Positions 1-11,678 of a stretch of DNA of 22,918 bases are shown here, one piece after another. How positions within the stretch are numbered: the stretch's first letter is position 1; every line of letters begins with the position of its first letter. Made by a program: the position numbers and the translations under genes. The DNA comes from Psammoneis japonica. Taxonomy: Eukaryota. The notes below the pieces were generated by a model. The model had not been told where the DNA came from and ran no database searches. It saw only the letters and a program-made list of their open reading frames with translations. The stretch lies in the NCBI GenBank assembly GCA_008632985.1, contig QPGO01000145.1, forward strand, positions 186,001 through 208,918, given 5' to 3'.

Positions 1-1240
1 CCACCAGTGCACACCACATGCAAATGTGGGAGGGCACTCATTGTCCTTGAGTGCCTTGGCAAGTTTGGCTTTGCGGCGCTGTTGACTTTTTTTCTCTTGC
101 TTGAGCATTTGCAAAACACAAGCGCAAATCACACGTTTTGCCTGTGCGCTGCCTTTGTCCTTGCTGCCAGTCCAGTGATGAGGAAGGGCCAGTAGATTCT
201 CTTGGGCATTTCTTGCTGTTTTCATGGTCTCCCTCTTGTTTGAAGGTGCAGGAGCAAAAACAATGGCAGCAGCTGGGTTCTGCCAAAAGAAAGAGTTGAA
301 ATTGGGTCAGCTGATGAGTTGCACCACATGAAACTCATGTTGTCATTTTGACCACAATGAGAGCAATCAGAAAACAAGCAGTTTGAAGCAAGGTTTGCAT
401 GTGACAGGATTGGCCCTCCACAAGCAGCAACAATGTTGTCAACTTGCAACTCAGTTCAACTTGTGGTCAAGAATCTCCTCTCAGCATCATCCAAAGTGAG
501 CGACAGTCATGTGTTGCAATTGCAGAGCTTGCGCCACATCAAGGTTAATTGGGCTGTGAGAACTTGTCCCTGCATGTGTCCAGCACCTGCTCTGTGTGGC
601 AGCTTGCACTCTCTGACATGCTTGCAAACCCCCTTGGCTGTGTGTGAGTGGAGTTGCAGAAGGAGCGCCCATCTGTGCAAGGTTTCTAGCTGCACCTTTT
701 TTCTTCTGCTGTGTTCTCACTGTCAGTTGCTGCCAGCACCAGCCTGACCAAGTCTGTTCCCTCTGTCTGTTTGGTGGGCCATGCTCTTCAATCAGGCTGA
801 TGCTGGTGGTGACAACAGATGAGTGGCCCAGTGGAGAAAGTTCATAGAGTCATCAGACAGATGGGAAAAGTGGCTGAGTTCTCCTTTGCCAATCCCACAA
901 ATGACTGGGGGGAGAGTGACTGCTGGGCTTGTGGGACATGAAGCTGACTCTGAAGTTGCCAAACTCTGAAGTCTTTGACTGCTTTCAAAAACATCCAAGT
1001 GTGCTCTTGTCACATCTGAATCTTGGTGCAGAGGGGAGCCATTCTCCTTTTTTTGTGCACTTGCCAGAGAGCATTGCACTTCATGCTGGCTGTTCAAGTC
1101 CAAAGGCTGCTGCTCCTTCTTCTTCATTGTGGCAAAACAAGAAGTGTCACTCACAGTTTTTCCTTGTCTGTGCAACACCGCAAGTGAGACCACATGCCCC
1201 ATCTGCATGATCCTTGAACGGCTGCACTTCTTGATGGGAG
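1..1240. other. TpA/CpG-depleted, TpG/CpA-rich degenerate block (left, truncated by window edge)
   Basis: Only about 4 TpA counted in 1-1240 and few CpG. Normal TA/CG content resumes abruptly at ~1245 (ttctaggacatcgcccgtagggtgtagtagg). ORFs here are short, Cys/His-rich and Tyr-free. Confidence 0.85.
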
Positions 1241-1588
1241 ATTTCTAGGACATCGCCCGTAGGGTGTAGTAGGATGGTCCCCAAGGACACTCTACCGGAA
1301 ACGGCATCCGGAACACGGATGAAAATTATGGTAAATGCGCTAATGCGGTGGATTTCATGGTCATTGACATGGCGGCTGCCACCACTCCCATTATTTTTAC
1401 CATGAAACTGTGTCCCACTGCTTGCTTGGGAGGAAAAAGGTACAATATTGCTATAGTTGCCAGTTATTAAACGCTTGGTTCTTACAATGCTGCCACTAAC
1501 CACCTTTCTGAAGCGTGGACGACAAACGCACTGTAGTGCTTGTGTCTCTACCTTGCCTCTCTCTTGTAGTCTATGTCTGCGATACTGT

Positions 1589-2575
1589 CTAGTCGCTTTC
1601 GACTTTCTTTTCGGTTTCAACATTTACTGATAGCTTTTCTGCCATCGACTTTTCCACCTGGGCGACACCATTGTCAGAGTTGTCGGAAGTGGCATTATCG
1701 CCCTCTGCAACTGCATCATTTTTTGATTCTGTCTCTTGAAGATACCTTTCATACTGCTTGATCATCATATCGGCCCAATAGCGGGCAATCAATAAACGAA
1801 CGATTCGCCGGTCTCCTCTAAAGCTCGGTCCAGTCGCCGTGGCATCATCCGGATCGCGTTCTTGACCAGCATCCGCATCACCCGCTTGTTCCTCTTCGTC
1901 GTCGTCGTTGTTGGACGCAGAAGTCGACGGACCACGCTCTAACAGTTTGGGTCCTCCCAGTGTTTTCAATCGTTCCAGCCATACGGCAAGCACTTGTTCA
2001 TTTACGCTTCCGTCAGAATTTGCTATGTCCAGAGTAAAGCCTCCTCGTCGATCAAACAAGAGCGCTTCTTCAAAGTCCACCTCGGCTTTTCCTCGTGCGT
2101 CTGTTTTGTATTCCGTCATTTTAAACTTGGATACTTGCTCCACCACCGTGCACAACACTACCGCATAAGCCGAATGGATTCCATACTGTGAGTTGAGACG
2201 TTCTCTAATTCCAGATCGCGGCATTTGAAAAATCTTTCTCAGCACAACGCCGCCTTGCTGTCGACACCATTTCTCCAATGCTTCGCTGTGCTTTTCCCAA
2301 AATTCCTTGTACGTCTTCATTTCCTTTTTCATCTTGTATCGCAGCCGAACGCGATCACCCCACACCTGATCACGCATATCCGGTGGCCACGGGCTCTGTT
2401 GCAGGGCTGACACTTCGGCTTGAGCCGCGTCGGTTTCAAAGTCCGAAATCGAATTGATAAGACCCGTAATGCCGTCTGGATACAAATGTGGAAAGCCACA
2501 GCAGGCGCAAGATCCACCACTCACATACTCAAACATGGTCTTGTCCACCACCCAGTTGTCCTGAAAACGAGGCAT
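1589..2575 (-). CDS. Hypothetical protein, ~328 aa, apparently single exon (MPRFQDNWVVDK...KKVESD)
   Basis: Long ORF in normal-composition DNA with natural amino-acid usage including Tyr, an N-terminal CACCGFPH motif and acidic linkers. Start chosen at ATG 2575 because the upstream extension to 2728 runs into the repeat beginning at 2682. No family recognised. Confidence 0.8.
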   Translation of the reverse strand: MPRFQDNWVVDKTMFEYVSGGSCACCGFPHLYPDGITGLINSISDFETDAAQAEVSALQQSPWPPDMRDQVWGDRVRLRYKMKKEMKTYKEFWEKHSEALEKWCRQQGGVVLRKIFQMPRSGIRERLNSQYGIHSAYAVVLCTVVEQVSKFKMTEYKTDARGKAEVDFEEALLFDRRGGFTLDIANSDGSVNEQVLAVWLERLKTLGGPKLLERGPSTSASNNDDDEEEQAGDADAGQERDPDDATATGPSFRGDRRIVRLLIARYWADMMIKQYERYLQETESKNDAVAEGDNATSDNSDNGVAQVEKSMAEKLSVNVETEKKVESD

Positions 2576-2681
2576 GTTGTACAACAGTGCTTGACTTTCC
2601 TTCTTTTTTATGAACAGTGCACCTGCTACCACAATCAGAAAAAATTGCCAGTTACGAGTTAACGAGTGCTGCGTGGGTGAA

Positions 2682-5625
2682 CGGTGAATTGTGCTCAGCA
2701 CCCATTTCAACCACACCTGACCCCTCATCTATCATGAGCTTGTTGATGCCGAACAACAACAGAACAGGCTAACAGAATGCCAAACGTTTGTTTCTCGCCA
2801 CATCATTTACTTTGTAGCAGCAGCAACAACAGTAATTGGGTGTGGCAGAGGAGGCAGAAGAAGGAGGCTTGTCATTGAGGCCGAGTCGATTCCAAACTGC
2901 GCAAGGAAGGGCAGAGGCGCCGATGTGTGGGGTGGTGGTGAAGAAGCATCTCCAAAAGCGGGTTCACACAAGAGACCCCAGCAGAGCCCAACAAACAGGG
3001 AGACAGTGGCAACAGTGACATGGAAGATGATGTGACCAATGACCCCATGCTGATGCCCACTCGTGGATGCTGTGAGAGAGCCAGATTGGCGCAGCAGAGG
3101 TCTCTCACTGGGTGAGACCATGATCATCATGCCCACATGGGTGCTGTGAGAGCCAGGTTGGCACAGGTCTTGCTGGGTGAAGACAACAAAGACAACTGAG
3201 GGCATGCAGTGGGTGAGTCACCACATGCTAAGATGGCCTCACAATGACAGTTTTCCAGCTCCAAAACCTGCCTCACATTTGGGGCAGGAAACAGAGTTCG
3301 GAAAAGTTGACAACCCCAGCCAGAAGAGCCCACTCACAACCTGCCAAGCAGAGTTTTAGAGCTCTGGCTCAAAGCAACACAAGTGCCACTCTCTGATGAC
3401 AGGCATGACTCCTGTGCTGGTTGATGCAGGTGGCAGCAAGCAAGTGACTGGTGATTGGCCTTTCTGGCCACTGTGCAGGTTGGGACAAAAGTTGGAGAAC
3501 AAGGAGCAAGATTTGGGGGACATCTTCAGAAGTGAGACTGTAAAAGAAAGTCACATGGAATTTGTGCTAAAACAGTCTGTCAATCATTGCAATTGGGGCA
3601 TTTGGGAAAATGCTGGAAAGATCCTGCGTGTTTTCTTGTGTGCACAAATTGCACTGGGAAAACCCCCAAGTGCACTGGCAATCAGACCGCCTTTGACAAT
3701 CTCACTTCCAAAGATGCCCCCCAGATTGGAGCTTCAGAGGCAGCAGGCAAGGAGTTGGCAAAAGAAGTGGCATCTTGTCCCAAGAAAGCCAGCGCGAGAA
3801 TTTGGTTGTTGGTGTGCTGTGATGAAGCTGGAGATGTCCAAGGAGCATCTCCAAAAAATGCTCCCTCTTTTTCTTTCAGCTGTGGTGGCTTGCTGACCTT
3901 CTTCAGGAAAAGCCCAGGCAGACTTTGGCATGGGGAGTTTCTTGCTCTTTCCCAAGTGTGATGTTGAACCATCTGGCATGGATGGCATGGGCATCAGAGT
4001 TTTGAAAAACATGCTTGCTTGACAACTTGATTGTTCTAGCTTCCTTGACTTGGGTCCAATGCCGTGGCTCCATCTGGTGTCATTTGGATGGCTGGGAATG
4101 CCAGCATCCACGTGCAAAAATAAAGTCCGCATGATTGTGTTGCAAACAGTTTGATCAAGACTTTTGTCTGCTCTGCCATGAGTGTTGTCAAAGCAAAAGA
4201 CTTGCTTGTTGAAGAAGAATGCAGACAATGCCGAAATGTTGCCTGCTTGCTTGAGGCAACATCCAGAACTCAGAACTGCCCACGCATTCTGAACACATCA
4301 GCCATTCCAACGCATGCAATGGGCTTCTTAGATTCAACATGAACCCCCAGTTTTTCTACCCCATTCGAGTCTCGCAACTTCACAGCACCAGCACTGACAG
4401 CGGGAACAGGATGGACCGTGCAAAAGCATGTCTGCAATTTTTGCTGCAGGAAGGAAACCCCAACTTCGACTCTAGACTGTTGCAAGTTCACAGGATCAAC
4501 GACCAGGAGGAATGTGAGCTTGTCGAGAGGAGGCAAAATCGTTCCGAGTCCACGTCAATGGTGATGCACTGAGCTGTGGTGAAAGGGGCGTGTGTTCTTG
4601 AATGTCTTCATTGGCGGGGGGCAAAGAAGAGACTTCAATCACAACAATGTCCTTTTCTGCTGGGAGTGGATTTTTAAACTCTGCATCATGAGGATTCACC
4701 AAGTGCACCCCGACAACACCCAATTGGAGAATCGATTCCGGAAGTTTGATGAGTGCGCAATGTTTGTCCGTCGGTGAATTTGTCGACACCAACAGAGCGC
4801 ATTGAGCAGTGCCAACGATGGTGTTCTTTGCTCCACCAAAATGGTCAAACCATGTGTGTGTTGCTTGTTTGTTGGGGTCATGCAAGTTGTGATTGTTGGC
4901 ACCAATCACGGGAACTTCACAAATTAGATTCGATGACAGAGGATCAGCAGCAAGCTGCAGATCCATCACTGCCGCTTCGATTTGGTTGACGGACTCAACC
5001 ATCCATTGTTCAAACCATGTCATTGGCTTGTTGTGTGGAATTGTCGGCATGTTCATTGCTGTGGCAGCCAGCTGCCGTTGATGAAGACTGCAGAAAAGAG
5101 TGATGCAGGGATCATAGAAACTTGAGGTTTTGAGGTTCTCAGAAGAGAGGCAGTGTGCATTCTTGTGCAAGAGATTCAAGCTGGTTGCGGAGCAAACGAC
5201 TCCATGCTACAGTGTCGTGCATTGACAGAGCTGCCTTGAAGGCTTTGTTGGACAACGTCGTGGCAATGATCAGAGCATGATGAAAGATGGAAATTGCAAC
5301 ACGGCCATGCGGCGTTCTCTTCAAGTCTTGAGTCTGTGCAAGACTGTGACCTGTGAAATGCGCTTGTCAGTTTTCGCACACAAGTTTGCTTCATGGCAAT
5401 TTTGTGCATCTGCACCACATAATTTACAGCGACATGCGTCTTGCTGCTTTCCGACTCTCGCCTGTGACCTCCGTCCGACAAAAACACGGTGAAGCACGGG
5501 AATGCATCCAACAATGGCGGTGCCAATCATCATTGATTCTGCCATTTTTCACCATTCTCCCATGTTTCAGTGAGCTCTTGATGGCAATGAAAGAGGGCTT
5601 TGGTGCTTGCATTGTTTCTGTTGGC
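2682..5625. repeat. Repeat copy A (long form) of a locally duplicated degenerate element
   Basis: 2682-3883 aligns with 6061-6947 (with gaps) and 5365-5625 aligns with 6945-7223, e.g. tgtgctcagcacccatttcaac and aagcacgggaatgcatc..acaatggcggtgccaat occur in both. Confidence 0.85.
4270..5179 (-). pseudogene. Decayed coding sequence of unknown family inside repeat copy A
   Basis: Overlapping minus-strand ORFs 4496-5179 (227 aa) and 4270-4536 read as protein-like (WFEQWMVESVNQIEAAVMDLQL, DIVVIEVSSLPP, LLVVDPVNLQQSRVEVGVSFLQ) but are frameshifted and nearly Tyr-free. No domain recognised. Confidence 0.4.
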
Positions 5626-6060
5626 ACCACCCATCTGCCAAGGGGGGCACCCGCTGTTTGCTGCAAAGACTTTGAACAATGGTGTCAATGGCTGAACTGA
5701 TCAAACTCAGAGGAAACCCACAAATTCAGACATGATCCAGTGTGGGATGAGATGATTCTTTCATGCTTTCAAACAATTCAAGGATTGACTGGAGACAATG
5801 TGAAGGAAATCAACAAATGTTGTGCAAGACTGTGTGCAGAGGCCTCTGGTGCAACACTGGACCAAAAAGGAAAGTGCCATCCCAGCAAGCAGCGCAACCT
5901 GTGCTGTTGCCACCAATCTTGACAGGAATGCTGTCAATGATGGCATTTTCAAGAAGATGCCAGAGAGAAAACACTCAAAATCTCTTGCACAGCCACCCCG
6001 TAAACCCACATGCCGGGTGGACACAGCGGTCAGATTGCCGGTGTCATTTTTCAAGTTGAT

Positions 6061-7223
6061 CGGTGAGTTGTGCTCAGCACCCATTTCAACTGCACATCAT
6101 GAGCTTGTTGATGCTGAACAACAACAGAGCAGGCCAACAGAATGCCAAACGTTTGTTTCTCATCACATCATTCACTTTGCAGCAACAACAGCAATTGGGT
6201 GTGGCAGAGGAGGCAGAAGGAGGAGGCTTGTCATTGAGGCCAAGTCTTCCAAGCTGCATGGGATCGCGGCTAAAAGAAGCATTTCCAAAAGCGGGTTTTG
6301 CACAAGAGGCCCCAGAAGAGGCCAAGGAACAGGGAGACAGTGGCAACAGTGACACAGAAGATGATGTGGCCAATGACGACCATGATGATGCCCACTCATG
6401 GATGCTGTGAGAGCCAGGTTGGTGCAGGTCTTCTTGCTGGGGTGAGACCATGATGATGCCCAAATGGGTGCTGTGAGAGCCAGGTTGGCACAGGTCTTGC
6501 TGAGTGAAGACAACAAAGACTGCTGAGTGCCTGCAGTTGGTGAGTCACCACATGCCAAGATGGCCTGACAATGACAGTTTCCCAGCTCCAAAAACTCACT
6601 TGTGGCAGGAGCCAGAATTCAGAAAAGTTGACAACCCCAGCCATTGAGGTGCCCGCTCACCTGCCAAGCAGAGTTTGAGAGCTCTTTTTCAAAGCAACAG
6701 AAATGCCACTCTCTGTTGACAGACACAGCTTCTGTGCTGGTCATTGCAGGCAGTGACGGGCAAAAAGTTGGAGAACAAGGAAGCAAGATTGGAGCTTCAA
6801 AGGCACCAGCAGGCAAAGAGTTTGCGAAAGAAGTGGCACCTTGTTCCCAGAAAGCCAGCTTGGGAATTTGGTTGTTGGTGTGTTGTGAAGAAGCCAGGGA
6901 TGTCCAAGGGGCATTTCCAAAACAAATGCACCCTTTTTTTCAGCTGTCAGTTTTCACACACAAAATGTGCTGCCTCCATTTGCGTTGTTGCAATTTTGCA
7001 GTGCCAGCATCATGTGCAGCAGAAATTTGCAGCATTGAGTCTTGCTGCTTTTGAACTGCCGCCTCCAACATCCAACAAAAAAACATGGCAAAGCACGGGA
7101 ATGCATCTGACAATGGCGGTGCCAATTGTCATTGATTTTGCCACTTTCATCACTCTCTCATGTTTCAGCGAGCTTCCAATGGCAATGAGACAGAGCTTTG
7201 GTGCTTGCATTGTTTCCTTTGGC
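6061..7223. repeat. Repeat copy B (internally deleted form of copy A), same orientation
   Basis: Collinear with copy A but lacks ~214 bp (A 3509-3722) and ~1.48 kb (A 3884-5367). Confidence 0.85.
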
Positions 7224-7557
7224 TGCACTTTCACTCACATTTTTTTCTCTGTCTGTGCCATTTTGACATTCCAGCAGGCATGTCACACAGTGTGTTTGCT
7301 TTTGTAGAGTGCCGTTGCAGCTCAAGTTGTCTTTCATCAACCAAAGCTCATGAAAGTGGTTCAAACATTGAACATTTGATGGTGTTGCAGTGTGGACATT
7401 CAAGGTGATGGGAGGGTCACAAATGGCTTGCACTCAAGAGAAATTGAGCTCACAACATTTGTCTCTCTCATGAGTTGGATTTTGAACCAGGTGTTGCAGC
7501 CCATTGAGTGAAATGTTGCACGACAGACATGCCAGAAGGCAGAGTTGAATGTGAGCA

Positions 7558-9423
7558 ATGAAGAGATTGAATTTGTGGTGCACAGAAGGGCAACATCAAC
7601 TTCTGTCTGTTGGCAAAGGGAGTGACTTGAATGGAGTGACTTGCTCTCAACTTGTGCCAATGCTGGCACAAAGCAAAGAAGAGAGCAGAAGCTTGGACAC
7701 AATTTCAAAGGAACTGCATGTGAGAATGAAGGCAGCATTGTTGAATGATCAACCAGAATGCTCACCATTGACAGATGAATGACATCCACTCAGCCATTGC
7801 TGTGCTTCATCCTGCAACTCCTTGTTGTCAAACAAAGTGTTGGCTTGGGCAAAGCGCCGGGCATTCTAAATGACTGAGTTGATTGTTCAAGCAATGAGAC
7901 AGCTGCAGCAAATCCACAAGATGCCAGTGTCAACAAATTGGCTTTTGATGGCTGCACACCTTTCCAAGAAAAGCACAAGCATGGCAGCACAGCACCTGTT
8001 CCAACAAGAAGTGCTGTTGGCACTGATGCTTGCTGTGGCATGCCTGGCTCAACAGATGACCAATCCTCCACCAGCAGCAAAAAAGATGTCAAAGCAAATG
8101 GGGGCTGGGTGTCATGATGTGAAAGCCAATTGCAAGAAGGCTGGTGACCAGGAGAGTGGGAGTCAATCATTTGAACTTTGGAAAAGGAAGAAACAGAGTG
8201 ACCACATCATCAAGTTCTGCCAACACTCAAAAGAAGGACTCAGAGTTGGTGCTGAGTCAAACAGGGTTTGCAAAGTTGAGGATCTGGCAACAGGGACATT
8301 TTTTATTCACCCAGCTAGAGTGTGGAGCAGTGCAACTCTTGAGAGTCAACGCAATGCACCCAAACAACCAGGCATCTGCAAGATGTGTTTGCCCGTGCAC
8401 CAAGGGCCCGTCTGAGCATGTTTCTGTGTGGATTTTCCAAAAACTGGGCCAGAAGAGCCCATGAGTGAGCTGAACAAAGCACTGGCCAACAATCCAGTCA
8501 TGTGGGAAAAAGCAAAAAAGAACTGCCCTTGTGGTTGTGTGTTAGAGTTTTTTGACTTTGTTTTGTGGCAAGGAAGCATCAGTTGGTGGAGAGCCAAGCC
8601 ACAGTTTTGAGTGCCACAAGCAAACAAAAGATGCTTCTTGTGTTGCTTAGAACTGACCAAATGACTTGCTGTGTTTGGACAGCATCATTTCAGCTTCAGC
8701 ATTTGTGTGGGTTCTGCATGCCACAACCGCAACTTGTTGAGGCTCAAAACCTGTCCAAGTGCTGTTGTGAAACTTTGGCATGCTTGTTCAACTTGATTTG
8801 TTGTGGTTCAATCAGTTGCAAGCACAAAACTTTTGTGCACATTCCATGAGAACTTTCCCGACATCTGCCATGACACATGCTTTTTGCAAGTTGTTGAAAC
8901 AATGACAACACACAACAGCTCAAAACTTCAAGCTTTTGCAAAAACTTGTTGCCCCATCATGACTGATCTCCTCACCTTGTCCGCAAAACAAACATGGCAT
9001 CCACAAGAGCACTGGAACAAATTGCCCACATGTGTCCCTGGCACATCATCTGTCTGCATTCTCTGACAATCCATGAGGTGACTGGGTGTGCAAAGTGTGT
9101 GTGCATTGGCTGACACACAGACTCATGACAGAGAGCAAAATGACACCGCAGACTGCACAGGTGGAGTAAGCAGGAAAGTTAAAACAGACAGTTTTGACCA
9201 CAGGCACCAGCACAAAAAAATCTGCATGAAGAAACAAAACATCTGTAAAGATGAAGAAGATCTTGAAAACATTGAACTCTGCAAAAATCCTCCAAGCAAG
9301 TCAAAAATGCTGTTTCAACCATGGCACATTTTTGACACGGCAAGCACACCTTGCAGAGATCCAATTGTTGAGGCATCAACTTCGTTGAACAAAAACAATG
9401 CACAGTTGTGTTCACATTTTTAG
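7558..9423 (+). pseudogene. Possible decayed coding sequence of unknown family
   Basis: A chain of plus-strand ORF fragments (7558-7782, 7870-8415, 8428-8610, 8803-9066, 9088-9423) with charged, protein-like stretches (ESRSLDTISKELHVRMKAALLND, RVCKVEDLATGTFFI). No motif identified, and ORF length is inflated by loss of TAA/TAG. Confidence 0.3.
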
Positions 9424-9471
9424 CTGTTTGTTTGTTTTTGGTGCTGTGGAGGTTGCTTTGTCATTGACAAA

Positions 9472-10988
9472 ATGATGGCATGCAACAAATTTTCAACTTG
9501 TCCAAACCCTTGTTGGGGACAAAATGATGATCTGGGGATGCTGTTGCATTGCAAATCATTCACACACTGCAGAGCATTGTGATCACTGTGGACATTGTGT
9601 CTTCTTGACATCAGTTTGCTCCTGAAGTCAGTCACAAGAACACAATGAGACGGCAAACATCACACCATTTTATGAACATTTCAGTGACCCAACAAATGAA
9701 GGGTCATTTTCACTTTGAAAGGCTCTGCTGTTTGACAAACATTTAGCCTCATGGCTTGCCAGCAATGATTGCACATTTCACTCATCACACACTGTGATGA
9801 AGCCACTGAAATGGACGTTTGAACACCACAGTGTTCACAAGGAGGCTCATCATTGAGTCTTCCAAGCTGCATCATCAATCAATCCATGCGTTCACACCTG
9901 TTGCACCCTTTCCACTCTCTTTGTCATCCAGCCACCAACCAGCAGTCCAGTGGCACAATGTCCAGTTGGTGCAGTCCAACTGCAAGGCAACCGATGCTTG
10001 ATTGAACAGAATCACCAACACTGCACCCAATGCTTGATCCAACAAAAAAAATCACCAACACTGCACCCCCAACACATGATGCATGATGCCAATGCTGTCT
10101 CCAGCTCTGTTTCTTCCCTGCTGAAAAACCAACCCCACAGCCAACATTGGAGCCAATCTTAACTTGCGGTGGAGAGTGCAGCCAGACATTGCAGATGTGC
10201 TGGTGCATTGTTCAGGTGTGCATCACGACCATTGTCATGATGGCATCATGCAAGAAATTTTCAAATTGTCCAAACCCTTGTTGGGGAAAAAATGATGATC
10301 TGTTGATGCCGTTGCATTGCAAATCATTCACACACTGCAGAGCATTGTGATCACTGTGGACATTGTGTCTTCTTGACATCAGCTCACTCCCAAAGTCAGT
10401 CACAATGCAATGACGGCAAACATCACACCATTTTGTGAACACCTCAGTGACCCAAATGAAGGGTCATTTTTACTTTGAAAGGCTCTGCTGTTTGACAAAC
10501 ATTTGGCCTTGTGGCTTGCCAGCAATGGCTGCACATTTCACTCATCACACTTTGTGATGACGTCACTGAAATTGACATTTGAGCACCATCATCATGTTCA
10601 CAAGGAGGCTCATCATTGAGTCTTCCAAGCTGCATCATCAATCAATCCATGCACTCACACACCTGTTGCACCCTTTCCACTCTCTTTGTCATCCAGCCAC
10701 CAACCAGCGGTCCAATGACACAATGTCCAGTTGGTGCGGTCCAACCGCAAGGCAACCAATGCTTGATCCAACAGAATTGCCAACACTGCAACCAATGCTT
10801 GATCCAACAAAATCACCAACACTGCACCCCCAACACATGATGCATGATGCCAATGCTGTCTCTGGCTCTGTTTCTCCCCAGCTGAAAAATCAATTGGAGC
10901 CCATCTTGACCAGCAATGGAGAGTGCGACCAGACATTGCAGACTGCACTGGTGCATTGTTCAGGTGTGCATCATGACCGTTGTCATGA
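9472..10988. repeat. Tandem duplication, two copies of a ~765 bp unit (9472-10236, 10237-10988)
   Basis: Both units start atgatggca..tgcaa.aaattttcaa.ttgtccaaacccttgttgggga and end ggtgcattgttcaggtgtgcatca.gacc.ttgtc, with high identity throughout. Confidence 0.92.
10741..10830 (+). pseudogene. Remnant of a Pro/Thr (PTxxPT) repeat coding region; second copy at ~9976-10069
   Basis: Translates PTARQPMLDPTELPTLQPMLDPTKSPTLHP from a 36-bp internal repeat. PMLD fits ancestral PTLD (ACG->ATG). Confidence 0.5.
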
Positions 10989-11678
10989 GACAGACCTTCT
11001 TGGCATCATGTCTTCATGCTCTGACACATGTGCTCCTGCAGGCTGAAAGACAAAAGAGCAATGCCGGATGAATGTTGGACTGAGGGATGCTGGAGGGATG
11101 CTGAACAATGCTCTCTGGCTTGTTGCTGGACATCACCTGGTTGACTCATCTTTCTGCTGTCAGCTTTGAAATGTCTTGGGTTTGGATGCAACCACCATGT
11201 GGTTGAACAGTGTTGCTGACTTTGAAATGAGGCAACACACTTGAGGGAGTTTGTGTGTTGGATTTTTGACACTCAAGCCTCTTTCAGTGCATTCCCACCC
11301 AAGATGCTGATGGCTGATGATGGGGTGGGTGCTGCCTCTCAGCATGACCTGACCAATCCACTGCACTGCTGTTTCAGAGAAGCCTTGGTGCTCAACAAGG
11401 CAGGGCACAGTGCTGCACTTTTTCAAGATGCAGCCTGGCAAGACTCATGGCTGGCTTGACAAATGTGATGGGTCAGCTGCCCCATGTGCAGAGCATGGTG
11501 CAAAGCCAGGGGTGGTTGACTCTCATTGCCTTCAGAGGAGACAACAAGGAAAACTGCCATGTGCAGCTCACATGAAAGGACAAGTCAGTTGGTGGTGCCA
11601 GGACTGGCAATTGTGACATCATCAAGCATGCTGATGTCAAAACAATCTGGTCCTTTCTTGCCCTCCTCCAGGGTTGGA

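Noticed and set aside
1..1210. Many 60-140 aa ORFs on both strands as real genes
   Set aside because: Tyr-free, Cys/His-rich and mutually overlapping, which loss of TAA/TAG explains. No recognisable domain. The same applies to most ORFs in 2840-13165 and 20250-22918.
1147..1623. 158-aa minus-strand ORF
   Set aside because: It overlaps the 3' end of the upstream gene, has no ATG start or motif, and runs into the degenerate block.
2576..2728. N-terminal extension of the 379-aa ORF
   Set aside because: It overlaps repeat copy A and an A-rich leader. ATG 2575 is the more plausible start.
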